This document shows positions 1 through 11,600 of a stretch of DNA of 64,000 nt, one piece after another (within the stretch, counting starts at the first letter, position 1; each line of letters begins with the position of its first letter). The translations under genes were made by a program, and so were the position numbers. The notes beneath the pieces were generated by a model, which was not told the DNA's origin, made no database searches, and was given only the letters and a program-made list of their open reading frames with translations. The stretch covers positions 608,001-672,000 of the forward strand of contig CAXXUA010000013.1 of assembly GCA_963663765.2 (NCBI GenBank). The letters are read 5' to 3'. This stretch comes from Candidatus Poribacteria bacterium (GTDB lineage Bacteria; Poribacteria; WGA-4E; WGA-3G).

Positions 1-1
1 T

Positions 2-3000
2 CGTGCTGACAATAGAAAGCGATGAAGCATCTGTGCCTTCAAGGCTATATGTCAATGTATCTCCTTCATCATCATCTGTTGCAGTGATAGGGCTACCGAT
101 GTTTTCTCCAGATGGTGTATTTTCTGGGATTGAAAGGGTTGTGCTGTCATCAGCAAATATGGGAGGGTTGTTAATAACTTCATCCACATCATTCACATTG
201 ATGGTAACAGCAATCGTATCACTATCATTACTTGCACCACTATCATCAGTGACCTTGACAGTTACCGAATAGGAAGTCTTTGTCTCATAGTTCAACGTTA
301 CGCTGGTTTGCAGCTGACCACTTGTGCTGACAATAGAAAACGATGCTGCATCTGTGCCTTCAAGCGTATAGGTCAATGTGTCATCAGTATCATCATCTGT
401 AGCAGCGACAGGTTCACCGATATTTTGTCCTGATGCGGTATTTTCTGCGACGGATCGCGTTGTGCTTTCACCATCATCAAATACGGGTGGGTTGTTTGTT
501 ACCTGTTGCGAGACACGGGTAACAAATATCGTTCCTGATATTTCAGCAGTTGCACTATCAGGATCCGTAGCAATCACCTTGATTGAATAAGCGGAACTGG
601 TATGATCAATAAGAGACTGTGTGATTTTCAGTTGTCCTGAACTGCTATCAATATCAAACAGAGCCGCGTCATCACCACCGAGACTGTAGGATAAAGTATC
701 CTCATCAGCGTCGGTCGCAGTAACCTTATCACCGATGCTATCGCCTACAGAAGCGTTTGCAATGTCTGATATTCTGTAGGAGAAACTACTTTCTGAAAAT
801 GAGGGTGCGGTGTTCTCATTGACATCTGTAACGTTGATGGTTACGGCAATTGTGTTGGTCAATGTATCATCAGTTACCTTTACAGTTACCGAATATGAAG
901 TTGTTGTTTCATAATCTAATGCAGCGTTTGTTTGGAGCTGTCCACTCGTGCTGACAATAGAAAATGATGATGCATCTGTGCCTTCAAGTGTGTATTCTAA
1001 GGTGTCACCTTCGGGGTCTGTCGCGGAAACTGCACTGCCGATATTCTGTCCTGATGCAGTATGTTCAGCTATAGACCGGGTGGTTGGTGAACTTTCTGTG
1101 AATGTGGGTGCTTCGTTGACATCCGTAACATTGATAGTGACAGGGATTGAATCTGTTCCACCATTTCCATCGGAGACCGATACCGTCACGGAATATGTGT
1201 CTTTGGTTTCATGGTCAAGTGCAGCATTTGTTCTGAGCTGTCCATTTGTGCTGTCAATACTAAACGAAGCCGCATCTGTTCCACCGAGTGAGTATTCCAG
1301 TGTATCATCGGTATCGGGGTCGGTTGCTTCCACTTTATCTCCGATGTCAATACCGGTCCCTGTGTTTTCATTTACATTTAGGGTTATGCTTTCAGCCGTG
1401 CCAAACGAAGGGTCGTTGTTCTCATTCACATCATTAACATTGATGGTGACAGGGATTGAATCTGTTCCACCATTTCCATCTGAGACCGATACCGTCACGG
1501 AATATGTGTTTTTGGTTTCATAGTCCAGTGCAGCATTTGTTCTTATCTGTCCAGATGTGCTGTCAATACTGAAAGAGCTTGCATCTGTTCCACCGAGTGA
1601 GTATTCCAGTGTATCATCGGTATCGGGGTCGGTTGCTTCCACTTTATCTCCGATGTCAATACCGGTGCCTGTATTTTCATTTACATTTAGGGTCACGTTT
1701 TCAGCCGTACCAAACGAAGGGTTGCTGTTCTCATCAACATCGGTGACTTTGATGGTGACAGCGATTGAATCTGATCCACCATTTCCATCTGAGACCGATA
1801 CCGTCACGGAATATGTGTTTTTGGTTTCATAGTCGAGCGCAACATTTGTTCGGATTTGTCCAGATGTGCTATTAATACTAAAGGAAGCCGCGTCTGTGCC
1901 ACCAAGGCTGTATTCTAATGTATCATCATCCGCATCTGTAGCAGCGACAGCATCACCAATATCTACACCTGAGAGTGTATTTTCAGCGATGGATCGTTCC
2001 GTGCTTTCACCATCTGTGAAAACAGGCGCGGTGTTCTCATCAACATCGGTGACTTTGATGGTAACAGTGATTGAATCCGTTCCACCATTTCCATCCGAGA
2101 CAGAAACGGTTACGGAATATGTGCTTTTTGTTTCATAGTCCAGGGCAGCATTTGTTCGGATTTGTCCAGATGTGCTATTAATACTAAAGGAAGCCGCGTC
2201 TGTGCCGCCAAGACTGTAGTCTAATGTGTCATCATCCGCATCTGTAGCAGCGACAGCATCACCAATATCTACACCTGAGAGTGTATTTTCAGCGATGGAT
2301 CGTTCCGTGCTTTCACCATCTGTGAAAACAGGCGCGCTGTTCTCATCAACATCCGTGACTTTGATTGTAACAGTGATTGAATCCGTTCCACCATTGCCAT
2401 CGGAGACGGATACCGTAACAGAATATGCGTTTTTTGTTTCATAGTCCAGCGCAGCTTTTGTTCTGATTTGTCCGTTTGTGCTGCCGATTTCAAATGAAGC
2501 GGCATCTGTTCCACCGAGTGAATATTCCAGTGTGTCATCATCTGCATCTGTAGCGGTTATTGCTGTGCCGATGTTGACACCAGCCCCCGTATTTTCAGCG
2601 ATGGATCGTTCCGCGCTTTCACCATCTGTGAAAACAGGCGCTCGGTTCTCATCAACATCGGTGACTTTGATGGTAACGGTAATGGAATCCGTTCCACCAT
2701 TGCCATCGGAGACGGATACCGTAACAGAATATGCGTTTTTTGTTTCATAGTCCAGTGCAGCTTTTGTTCTGAGTTGTCCATTTGTGCTGCCGAGACTGAA
2801 AGAGCTTCTATCTGTTCCCCCGAGTGAATATTCGAGTGTGTCATCGGTATCGGGATCAGTAGCGGCTACTGCTGCACCGATGTTGACACCTGAACCCGTA
2901 TTTTCCGCAATGGATCGTTCCGCGCTTTCGCCATCTGTGAATACAGGTGCTCGGTTCTCGTCTACATCTGTAACATTGATGGTGACAGTGATTGTATCGG

Positions 3001-6000
3001 TGGCATCTCCTGTGTCGGTCGCTATAACTGTAACTGTATATGAATTTTTAGTTTCGTAATCAAGAGCTGCTTTTGTTTTTAATTGTCCAGAAGTGCTAAC
3101 AATGTCGAACGATGCAGCATCCGTGCCACCGAGACTGTAGGTTATGGTGTCCTCAGCGTCAGGATCTGTTGCAGTGATGACGTTACCTAAGTTTGTTCCA
3201 GCAGCAGTATTCTCAGCGACTTGACGTGTAATGGAGTCCCCATCGTTAAATACCGGTGCTTCGTTGACGTTTGTAACATTGATCGTGACCGTGATCTCAT
3301 CTTCCAACGTGCCATCAGAGACAGTAACTATTACCTCATAAGATGTCTTCGTTTCATAGTTTAGTGCCGCGCTGGTTTTCAACTGACCTGTGTCACCATC
3401 AATAGCAAATGAGGAGGCATCAGTGCCACTGAGTAGATAAGCAAGATTTTCACTATCTTCGTCAGTCGCAGCAATCGCAGTGCCGATGTTGGCATCAGCA
3501 GCAGTATTCTCTGCAATTGTCCGTGTAGCCTCGTCACCATCAGTGAACACAGGTGCAATGTTTGAAGGCGTCTCGTCTAAATCCCTGACATTGATTGTCA
3601 CTGCAATGGAATCCGTTAGACTGCCATCTGATACCGTAATGGTTACAGAATAGGATGTTTTTGTTTCATAATCAAGTGCAGCCTTTGTTTTCAATTGTCC
3701 GGTTGTGGATTCAATGTCAAATGATGCACCGTTCGTGCCACCGAGGGTGTAAGTTAATGTCGTGCTGTCAACATCCGTTGCTGACACAGCACTGCCGATG
3801 TTGATGCCAGAACCTGCATTTTCTGCGATTGTGCGGGTTGTGCTGGTGCCAGCAGTAAAAACGGGTGCTTCGTTGACGTTAGTTATGTTGATTGTCACAG
3901 ATATGCTGGAACTGCCGCCTTGATCATCGGAGACAGTGATGGTGACTGAATATGAAGATTTTGTTTCGTAATCCAGTGCTGCACTCGTTCGGAGTTGACC
4001 TGAACTACTATCAATACTAAAGGAAGCGGCATCTGCTCCACTCATCCTATAAGATAAAGTGTCATCATCAGCATCTGTCGCAGATACAACACTACCGATG
4101 TTCACATTAGAGGCAGTATTTTCAGCAATGGTACGTGTTGTGCTACTCCCATTTGTGAAGACGGGTGCGTTGTTGACAGGACTTTCGTCGATATCGTTGA
4201 CATTAATTGTGACCGTGATACTTGCACTCCCACCATTCCCATCTGAAACAGTGATGGTGACTGAATATGAATCTTTCGTTTCATAATCCAGTGCTGCACT
4301 CGTTCGGAGTTGTCCTGAACTACTATCAATACTAAAGGAAGTGGCATCTGTGCCACTCAGACTGTAGGACAACGTATCATCATCAGCATCCGTCGCAGAA
4401 ACAGCAGTGCTAATGTCTACACCAGATTTGGTATTCTCATCTACAGAGCGCGTAGTGGTGCTCCCATCTGTGAATGTGGGTGCTGTGTTCGTCGCTTCAT
4501 CAACATCCGTAACATTGATAGTGACACCAATAGTATCACTTCCTCCCTTTCCATCGGAGACGTTGATGGTGACTGAATAGGAAGATTTTGTTTCATAGTC
4601 AAGTGCTGCGCTTGTTCGCAATTGTCCGTTTGTGCTTCCAATGCTAAATGAGGATGCATCTGTTCCACCCAGACTATAAGTTAAAGTGTCATTGTCCTCA
4701 TCTGTCGCAGAAACAGCACTGCCAATGTCTACACCGGAACCCGTATTCTCTGCGACTGAACGGGATGCAGTCTCACCTTCTGTGAAGACAGGTGCTGTGT
4801 TCGTCGCTTCATCAACATCCGTGATGTTGATAGTGACAGCAATAGTATCACTTCCGCCTTTTCTATCTGAGACAGTGATAGTGACTGAATAGGATGACTT
4901 TGTTTCATAGTCAAGTGCTGTGCTTGTTCGCAATTGACCATTTGTACTTCCAATACTGAATGAAGCGGCATCTGTGCCCCCCAGACTGTAAGTTAAAGTG
5001 TCATTGTCAACATCCGTCGCAGAAACTGCACTGCCAATGTCTACACCGGAACCCGTATTCTCATCTATGGAGCGCGTAGTGGTGCTCCCATCTGTGAAGA
5101 CAGGTGCTGTGTTCGTCGCTTCATCAACATCCGTAACATTGATAGTGACAGCAATAGTATCACTTCCTCCCTTTCCATCGGAGACGTTGATAGTGACTGA
5201 ATAGGATGACTTTGTTTCATAATCCAATGCTGCACTCGTTCGGAGTTGTCCTGAACTACTATCAATACTAAAGGAAGTGGCATCTGTGCCACTCAGACTG
5301 TAAGATAACGTATCATCATCAGCATCCATCGCAGAAACAGCAGTGCCAATGTCTACACCTGACCCCGTATTCTCATCTACGGAGCGCGTAGTGGTGCTCC
5401 CATCTGTAAAGACAGGTGCTGTGTTCGTCGTTTCATCAACATCCGTGATGTTGATAGTGATGTTGATAGTATCGCTTCCCCCTTTTCCATCGGAGACAGT
5501 GATGGTGACTGAATAGGAAGATTTTGTTTCATAGTCAAGTGCTGCGTTCGTTCGCAATTGTCCATTTGCACTGCCAATACTAAACGATGATGCATCTGAG
5601 CCACTTAGACTATAAGTTAAATTGTCGTTGTCCTCATCCGTCGCAGAAACAGCGCTGCCAATGTCTACACCGGAACCCGTATTCTCTGCGACTGAACGGG
5701 ATGCAGTCTCCCCTTCTGTAAAGATCGGTGCCGTATTCAGTGCTTCTTCAACATCTGAGACATTTATTGTTACGGTTATTGTGTCGCTTCCATCGTTATC
5801 ATCAGAGACGGTAATAATCACTGAATAGGAGGTCCTTGTTTCATAGTCAAGTGCTGTGTTCGTTCGCAATTGACCATTTGTGCTAACAATACTGAATGAA
5901 GTCGCATCAGAACCACCGAGAATGTATGTTAAAGTATCATCGTCAGCATCTGTTGCTGATACAGGATTACCGATGTTAACACCAGACCCTGTATTTTCAG

Positions 6001-8554
6001 CAACTGTTCGTGTAGTGGTGCTACCTTCTGTGAAAACAGGAGCGTTATTCGGGGGATCAGTATCCTCCCCATCCGTTGTTTCATCGGTCGTTGGTGTTTC
6101 TACGATGTCGGTAATGTTGATCGTAACATCAATACTGTCCGTAAGGCTGCCATCAGAAACAGTGATCGTCACTGAATAGGAGTCCTTTGTTTCGTAATCA
6201 AGCGCGACCTTTGTCTGTAGTTGCCCCGATGTGCTATTTATGCTAAAGGATGCTGCATCGGTGCCTGAAACCGTATAAGTTAAGGTATCATTGTTAGCAT
6301 CTGTGGCAGTGACAGCGGAACCAATGTCTGATCCTGCATCAGTATTCTCGGCGATAGAACGGGTTGTATTTATCCCTTCGGTGAATACAGGTGGTGTATT
6401 GACTGCGCTGTAGATTTCCAAAGGTAACTCGTTAGATTTTGCCAGGGCATACCCAATATGGTTCGTCGGTAAATTGGGTAATGTGCCAAAGTCTACTGTC
6501 ACCGCAGCATAAATATCGGGTGTGCGGTTCACCATCAAGGGTTGGCTGGCTATACTTCCTCTCGGGATTGTAATAGATGTGGCATTATTATTTAAACTGC
6601 CGTTTGCAACAGTGATCGGCAGCACAATATCAAAAGGTGCACCTGTTGATATGACAACTTTGATTTGGTTTTCTCCAACTTTTAGAATTGTCATATTCAG
6701 GGATAATGGATCAACTGTATTGCCGCTCAAATCCAGTGATGTCAAGGATGATAAACCCTCAAATACACCATCAGGTAGACTTTGTAATTGGTTATTTGAT
6801 AGATTCAGTGTTGATAGTGACAGTAATCCTTCAAAATCATCTGCTTGGAGAGCACTTATTGAAGCACTGCTAAGATCTAAGGCAGTAATGGTAGCAAGGT
6901 CCGTTTCTGATATGTTTCGGCAATCTTCTATACCTTGTAGCGCGGATACTATTGCATCACTAACCTGTATTGTGCGGTTGCAGACAGTAGATTTTGCAAG
7001 GATATATCCGAAATGGTTAGGAGGAATGCTTGGTAAGTTACCGATATTTACATCTGTCGTTGTCGCAACAAAAGATCCACTTGTCACACTTCCTTTCGGT
7101 ATTGTGATATTAGCGACACTTGCCTCATTGATAGGTAACACGATGTCGAATGGCGCGCCTGTAGGAATGATGGCTCTGAACTCATTATCAGACACTTGTT
7201 GCAATGACACCATCAACGGCATTGGTGCAACAAGGTTGCCACCTAAACGAATTGAAGTGAGCGAGGTAAGATCTTCAAAGATACGAGCAGGCAGGTTACG
7301 CAACATATTTCCATATAGGTTTAAACTTGTTAAACTTGTCAATCCAGAAAAATCACCGCTTTTGAGTTCTGAAATACCAGCAGACCGAAGGTTTAGAGAA
7401 GTAATCGTTGCAAGATGCGTATCTGTTACATCTGCTGCTACACTTACATCCGGGATTGCTGCAACGATGGCATCACGCACCTTTGGTGTCCGATCACTGA
7501 CAGCAAGCATCGTTGAAACCGCTGGCGTGTCATCTAAATCAATGACAATTATGATGACAGAAATAGTTGATGTGAGTGTTTCATCGGAAGCATTTACAGA
7601 TACAATATAGATTCGTTTTGTTTCATAGTCTAATGCATTTTTTGTTTTCAGTTGTCCAGTTTCACTATCAATACTAAAAGAATCTGCGTTTAAACCACTA
7701 AGCGTGTATGCTAATGTATCGTTTTCAGTATCAGTCGCAGCAACGGCATTGCCGATATTCACATCAGCTGCACTGTTTTCGGACACTGAACGCAAAGTAA
7801 TATTGCCATCAGCAAAGGTCGGTGCGGTGTTTTCAGGTGTTTCAGGTTGTGTGGGAGTCTCTGGTTCCACTGGTGTTTCAGGTGTTGTGCTGGTGGCACT
7901 GATCACTTCAAGCGGCAATGTATCAGATTTAGAAAGAACATAACCGTAGTGATGACTCGGCAAACTGGATAGCGTTCCGATATTAGCTGTTACTGCTGCA
8001 GTCGTTCCTGCAGCGCGAGTTACCGTGACAGCAGTACTTTCTACTGCACCTTTAGAAATGGTCAGAGATGTCGTATTCCCGCTAATGCTGCCATTGGTAG
8101 GACTGATGGGAATACTCATAGTGAACGGTGCGCCTGTCGCGACAACGGCTTTAATCTGATCCTCTCCAACTTTTTCCAATAAGATGGTAATTTGCATAGG
8201 ATCAACAGTGTTCCCACCTAATCGCAGAGTTGTTAGTGCCGTGAGTCCTTCAAAGATTTTATCCGGCAGACTGCTCAGTTCGTTGCCATATAAGTTCAGG
8301 TTAGTCAGACCAGTCATCCCAGAAAAATCACCCGATTTTAGTGCTGTAATACCTTTGGAACGTAAGTTTAGATTTGTGATTGCGGAAAGTTGTGCATCGG
8401 TCACATCCGCTGCGGAATTGACGCCCGCGGCAGTCACGATGGCATCACGCACTTCTGTTGTGCGATCAACCACCGGAGTGATTTCCGCAAAACTTGTTAT
8501 TTGTAGACCGAAAATCAATAAAACTGAGAACAAAACAGGTACTCTTTGCATCAT
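2..8554 (-). CDS. Giant secreted LRR + cadherin-repeat protein, paralogue 1 (partial, C-terminus beyond window start)
   Basis: Missing from the ORF track because it has no stop in the window. ATG at 8554 with GAAAGG RBS gives MMQRVPVLFSVLLIFGLQITSFAEITPV (signal peptide). The frame at the window edge matches (YSLEGTDASSLSIVST). DNA is nearly identical to 8640..18296 over most of its length. Internal continuity was only spot-checked. Confidence 0.9.
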   Translation of the reverse strand, partial: MMQRVPVLFSVLLIFGLQITSFAEITPVVDRTTEVRDAIVTAAGVNSAADVTDAQLSAITNLNLRSKGITALKSGDFSGMTGLTNLNLYGNELSSLPDKIFEGLTALTTLRLGGNTVDPMQITILLEKVGEDQIKAVVATGAPFTMSIPISPTNGSISGNTTSLTISKGAVESTAVTVTRAAGTTAAVTANIGTLSSLPSHHYGYVLSKSDTLPLEVISATSTTPETPVEPETPTQPETPENTAPTFADGNITLRSVSENSAADVNIGNAVAATDTENDTLAYTLSGLNADSFSIDSETGQLKTKNALDYETKRIYIVSVNASDETLTSTISVIIIVIDLDDTPAVSTMLAVSDRTPKVRDAIVAAIPDVSVAADVTDTHLATITSLNLRSAGISELKSGDFSGLTSLTSLNLYGNMLRNLPARIFEDLTSLTSIRLGGNLVAPMPLMVSLQQVSDNEFRAIIPTGAPFDIVLPINEASVANITIPKGSVTSGSFVATTTDVNIGNLPSIPPNHFGYILAKSTVCNRTIQVSDAIVSALQGIEDCRNISETDLATITALDLSSASISALQADDFEGLLSLSTLNLSNNQLQSLPDGVFEGLSSLTSLDLSGNTVDPLSLNMTILKVGENQIKVVISTGAPFDIVLPITVANGSLNNNATSITIPRGSIASQPLMVNRTPDIYAAVTVDFGTLPNLPTNHIGYALAKSNELPLEIYSAVNTPPVFTEGINTTRSIAENTDAGSDIGSAVTATDANNDTLTYTVSGTDAASFSINSTSGQLQTKVALDYETKDSYSVTITVSDGSLTDSIDVTINITDIVETPTTDETTDGEDTDPPNNAPVFTEGSTTTRTVAENTGSGVNIGNPVSATDADDDTLTYILGGSDATSFSIVSTNGQLRTNTALDYETRTSYSVIITVSDDNDGSDTITVTINVSDVEEALNTAPIFTEGETASRSVAENTGSGVDIGSAVSATDEDNDNLTYSLSGSDASSFSIGSANGQLRTNAALDYETKSSYSVTITVSDGKGGSDTINITINITDVDETTNTAPVFTDGSTTTRSVDENTGSGVDIGTAVSAMDADDDTLSYSLSGTDATSFSIDSSSGQLRTSAALDYETKSSYSVTINVSDGKGGSDTIAVTINVTDVDEATNTAPVFTDGSTTTRSIDENTGSGVDIGSAVSATDVDNDTLTYSLGGTDAASFSIGSTNGQLRTSTALDYETKSSYSVTITVSDRKGGSDTIAVTINITDVDEATNTAPVFTEGETASRSVAENTGSGVDIGSAVSATDEDNDTLTYSLGGTDASSFSIGSTNGQLRTSAALDYETKSSYSVTINVSDGKGGSDTIGVTINVTDVDEATNTAPTFTDGSTTTRSVDENTKSGVDISTAVSATDADDDTLSYSLSGTDATSFSIDSSSGQLRTSAALDYETKDSYSVTITVSDGNGGSASITVTINVNDIDESPVNNAPVFTNGSSTTRTIAENTASNVNIGSVVSATDADDDTLSYRMSGADAASFSIDSSSGQLRTSAALDYETKSSYSVTITVSDDQGGSSSISVTINITNVNEAPVFTAGTSTTRTIAENAGSGINIGSAVSATDVDSTTLTYTLGGTNGASFDIESTTGQLKTKAALDYETKTSYSVTITVSDGSLTDSIAVTINVRDLDETPSNIAPVFTDGDEATRTIAENTAADANIGTAIAATDEDSENLAYLLSGTDASSFAIDGDTGQLKTSAALNYETKTSYEVIVTVSDGTLEDEITVTINVTNVNEAPVFNDGDSITRQVAENTAAGTNLGNVITATDPDAEDTITYSLGGTDAASFDIVSTSGQLKTKAALDYETKNSYTVTVIATDTGDATDTITVTINVTDVDENRAPVFTDGESAERSIAENTGSGVNIGAAVAATDPDTDDTLEYSLGGTDRSSFSLGSTNGQLRTKAALDYETKNAYSVTVSVSDGNGGTDSITVTIKVTDVDENRAPVFTDGESAERSIAENTGAGVNIGTAITATDADDDTLEYSLGGTDAASFEIGSTNGQIRTKAALDYETKNAYSVTVSVSDGNGGTDSITVTIKVTDVDENSAPVFTDGESTERSIAENTLSGVDIGDAVAATDADDDTLDYSLGGTDAASFSINSTSGQIRTNAALDYETKSTYSVTVSVSDGNGGTDSITVTIKVTDVDENTAPVFTDGESTERSIAENTLSGVDIGDAVAATDADDDTLEYSLGGTDAASFSINSTSGQIRTNVALDYETKNTYSVTVSVSDGNGGSDSIAVTIKVTDVDENSNPSFGTAENVTLNVNENTGTGIDIGDKVEATDPDTDDTLEYSLGGTDASSFSIDSTSGQIRTNAALDYETKNTYSVTVSVSDGNGGTDSIPVTINVNDVNENNDPSFGTAESITLNVNENTGTGIDIGDKVEATDPDTDDTLEYSLGGTDAASFSIDSTNGQLRTNAALDHETKDTYSVTVSVSDGNGGTDSIPVTINVTDVNEAPTFTESSPTTRSIAEHTASGQNIGSAVSATDPEGDTLEYTLEGTDASSFSIVSTSGQLQTNAALDYETTTSYSVTVKVTDDTLTNTIAVTINVTDVNENTAPSFSESSFSYRISDIANASVGDSIGDKVTATDADEDTLSYSLGGDDAALFDIDSSSGQLKITQSLIDHTSSAYSIKVIATDPDSATAEISGTIFVTRVSQQVTNNPPVFDDGESTTRSVAENTASGQNIGEPVAATDDDTDDTLTYTLEGTDAASFSIVSTSGQLQTSVTLNYETKTSYSVTVKVTDDSGASNDSDTIAVTINVNDVDEVINNPPIFADDSTTLSIPENTPSGENIGSPITATDDDEGDTLTYSLEGTDASSLSIVST

Positions 8555-8639
8555 AAATTTCCTTTCATCAATCAAGATACTTTCATTAAATCTTGTTGTA
8601 AATGTAAGACTGGAAGACACCAAAGTTCAATTTTGTTGT

Positions 8640-11600
8640 CTATTTCAGTATTAACATTTTCCGCGTTGCTGTAAAATCGTTTGCCTTGAATGTGGTGAAA
8701 TATACACCTGCTGCGACTTTCTCACCGTTTGCGTTTCTACCATCCCAATATGCAGCACGTTTGCGGTCAGTATAATATCCAGCGGTTTTATGTCCCAAAT
8801 CCAACTTCCGAATGACGACACCACGCATATCGTAGATCGTCAAGGAAACATCGCCTGCTTCAGATAACTGGTAGGGTATCCATGTTTCTGGATTGAAGGG
8901 ATTGGGATAGTTTGAAAGTAGTGCCGTCTCATCTGGTATGAGTTGGGTGTTGGTCGGGGCACCACTAACTTCAGGAATAAGTTCCAATGGTAGGTTAGCA
9001 TTATTTATGTCTAAATAATATCCATGATTATCTAAAGATCTTTCGTAAAAAACAATGTCAATAGTGACGGTAACAGCATCAGTTGTATCATCCAATCGTA
9101 CCACACTTAAAGCATCGGTTTCTGCTTCACCAACTGGTATTCTTATTTGAGGTCTTCTATTGTCTAAAGTGACTATGTATCCATATTCTTGGTCTGGATG
9201 CACTTTACCATTACTGATTGGGACATTAATACGGTTATTATTAATTGGCATACCTGTCGGACAAACAACCTTGAACTGTCCTTCTGCGACTTTTTCCAGT
9301 CCCACCTTGATGGGGACACTGTCTGGTTGCGGATCTTCACCTTGAAAACCACATTGAAATAGAGTTAGTTCTGTGAGACCTACAAATATGCCATCGGGGA
9401 ATGAGGTTAAGTTGTTCCTGTTCAAAAAAAGTTTGGTTAAGTTGGTTAATTCACTAAATAAACCTGACGGTAGAGAACTGATATTATTATTTTCCAGAAC
9501 AAGTGTTGTCAGCTTCGAGTTATTGTCAAAGATATTACCTGGTAAGGAAGTCAAACTGTTATATCTTAAAGATAGGGATGTTAAATTCGTCAATTCTTCA
9601 AATATATCAGCAGACAAAGTTGTCAATTCATTACCTTCTAAAGATAGTGTTTCTAAATTCGTTAGTTCGTCAAAAACATCAGAATTTAAGGAACTAATAG
9701 AATTATATGACAAACCGAGGTATTCTAATTGTGTGTTATTGTCAAATACATCATCTGGTAATGAAGTAATTCCGTTTGAACCAATGGCAAGGGTTTTCAA
9801 CAATGTGAGTTCATCAAATATTCCATCTGGTAATGATGTGGTACCGTTAGAATAGTAGAGTAGTTTAATGAGTGAAATGGTATTATCAAACAATCCATCT
9901 GGCAAGGTAGATATATTATGATCATACATTTCAAGATTTTCCAGAGAAGTGAGGTCGTCAAAAATCCCAGCTCTAAGTGATGTTAATTGATTGGTTGTTT
10001 CAGATGCGAAAGTGGCTAAGTAAAGCGTTTTGAGGGATGTAAGTCCGTCAAAAACACCACCCGATAGGGTCGTGAACTCATTCAGATTCAAGTCAAGTAA
10101 TTCCAATGATGTGAGTTGGTCAAAGATCCCGTCTGGTAATGAAGTCAGTCCATTGTATCCAAGCTCAAGTTTTGTCAGTGATGTGAGACTATCAAATATA
10201 CCGTCAGGCAGTGTTGTAAAAGCGTTTTCGTCGTCATGAAAGAAGTTATTAAATGATAAATCAAGCTCGGTTAGTGAAGTAAGACCGTCAAAGATATCAA
10301 CAGGTAACGAACTGAATTTATTACTGCTTATATTTAATAATGTTAAACCCGTGAGTCCATCAAAATCACCTGATATTAGACCTGTTAAGTTCTTATTTCT
10401 AATATCCAATGTAGTGATTGCAGCAAGCTGTGATTCTGTCACATTTTCAGCTGCATCTACACCTTCAATAGCATCTACAATCGCATCTCGAACCGCACCT
10501 GTACGGTTACTGACAGGTGTAATGGAGTCTGATTCTGTTACGTCATTTACATTGATTGTAACAGCAATCGTATCACTTTCATTACTTGCACCACTATCAT
10601 CAGTGACCTTTACAGTCACCGAATAGGAAGTCTTTGTCTCATAGTCCAACGTTACTCTGGTTTGCAGCTGTCCACTTGTGCTAACAATACTGAACGATGA
10701 TGCATCTGTGCCTTCAAGTGTATAGGTCAATGTGTCATCAGTATCATCGTCTGTAGCAGCGACAGGTTCACCGATATTTTGTCCTGATGCGGTATTTTCT
10801 GCGACGGATCGCGTTGTGCTTTCACCATCATCAAATACGGGTGGGTTGTTTGTGTTCTGCTGTGAGACACGGGTAACAAATATCGTTCCTGAAATTTCAG
10901 CAGTTGCACTATCAGGATCCGTAGCAATCACCTTGATTGAATAAGCGGAACTGGTATGATCAATAAGAGACTGTGTGATTTTCAGTTGTCCAGAACTGCT
11001 ATCAATATCAAACTTAGCTGCATCATCACCCCCGAGACTGTAGGATAACGTATCCTCATCAGCGTCGGTCGCAGTAACCTTATCACCGATGCTATCGCCT
11101 ACAGAAGCGTTTGCAATGTCTGATATTCTGTATGCGAAACTACTTTCTGAAAATGAGGGTGCGGTGTTCTCACTGACATCTGTAACGTTGATGGTTACGG
11201 CAATTGTGTTGGTCAAGGAATCATCAGTTACTTTGACCGTTACGGAATATGAAGTTGTTGTTTCATAATCTAATGCAGCGTTTGTTTGGAGCTGTCCACT
11301 CGTGCTGACAATAGAAAATGATGATGCATCTGTGCCTTCAAGTGTGTATTCTAAGGTGTCACCTTCGGGGTCTGTCGCGGAAACTGCACTGCCGATATTC
11401 TGTGCAGAAGCAGTATGTTCTGCTATAGACCGGGTGGTTGGTGAAGCCTCTGTGAACGATGGTGCTTCGTTGACATCCGTAACATTGATGGTGACAGCGA
11501 TAGAATCTGTTCCACCATTTCCATCGGAGACCGATACCGTCACGGAATATGTGTCTTTGGTTTCATAGTCCAGTGCAGCATTTGTTCTTATCTGTCCAGA

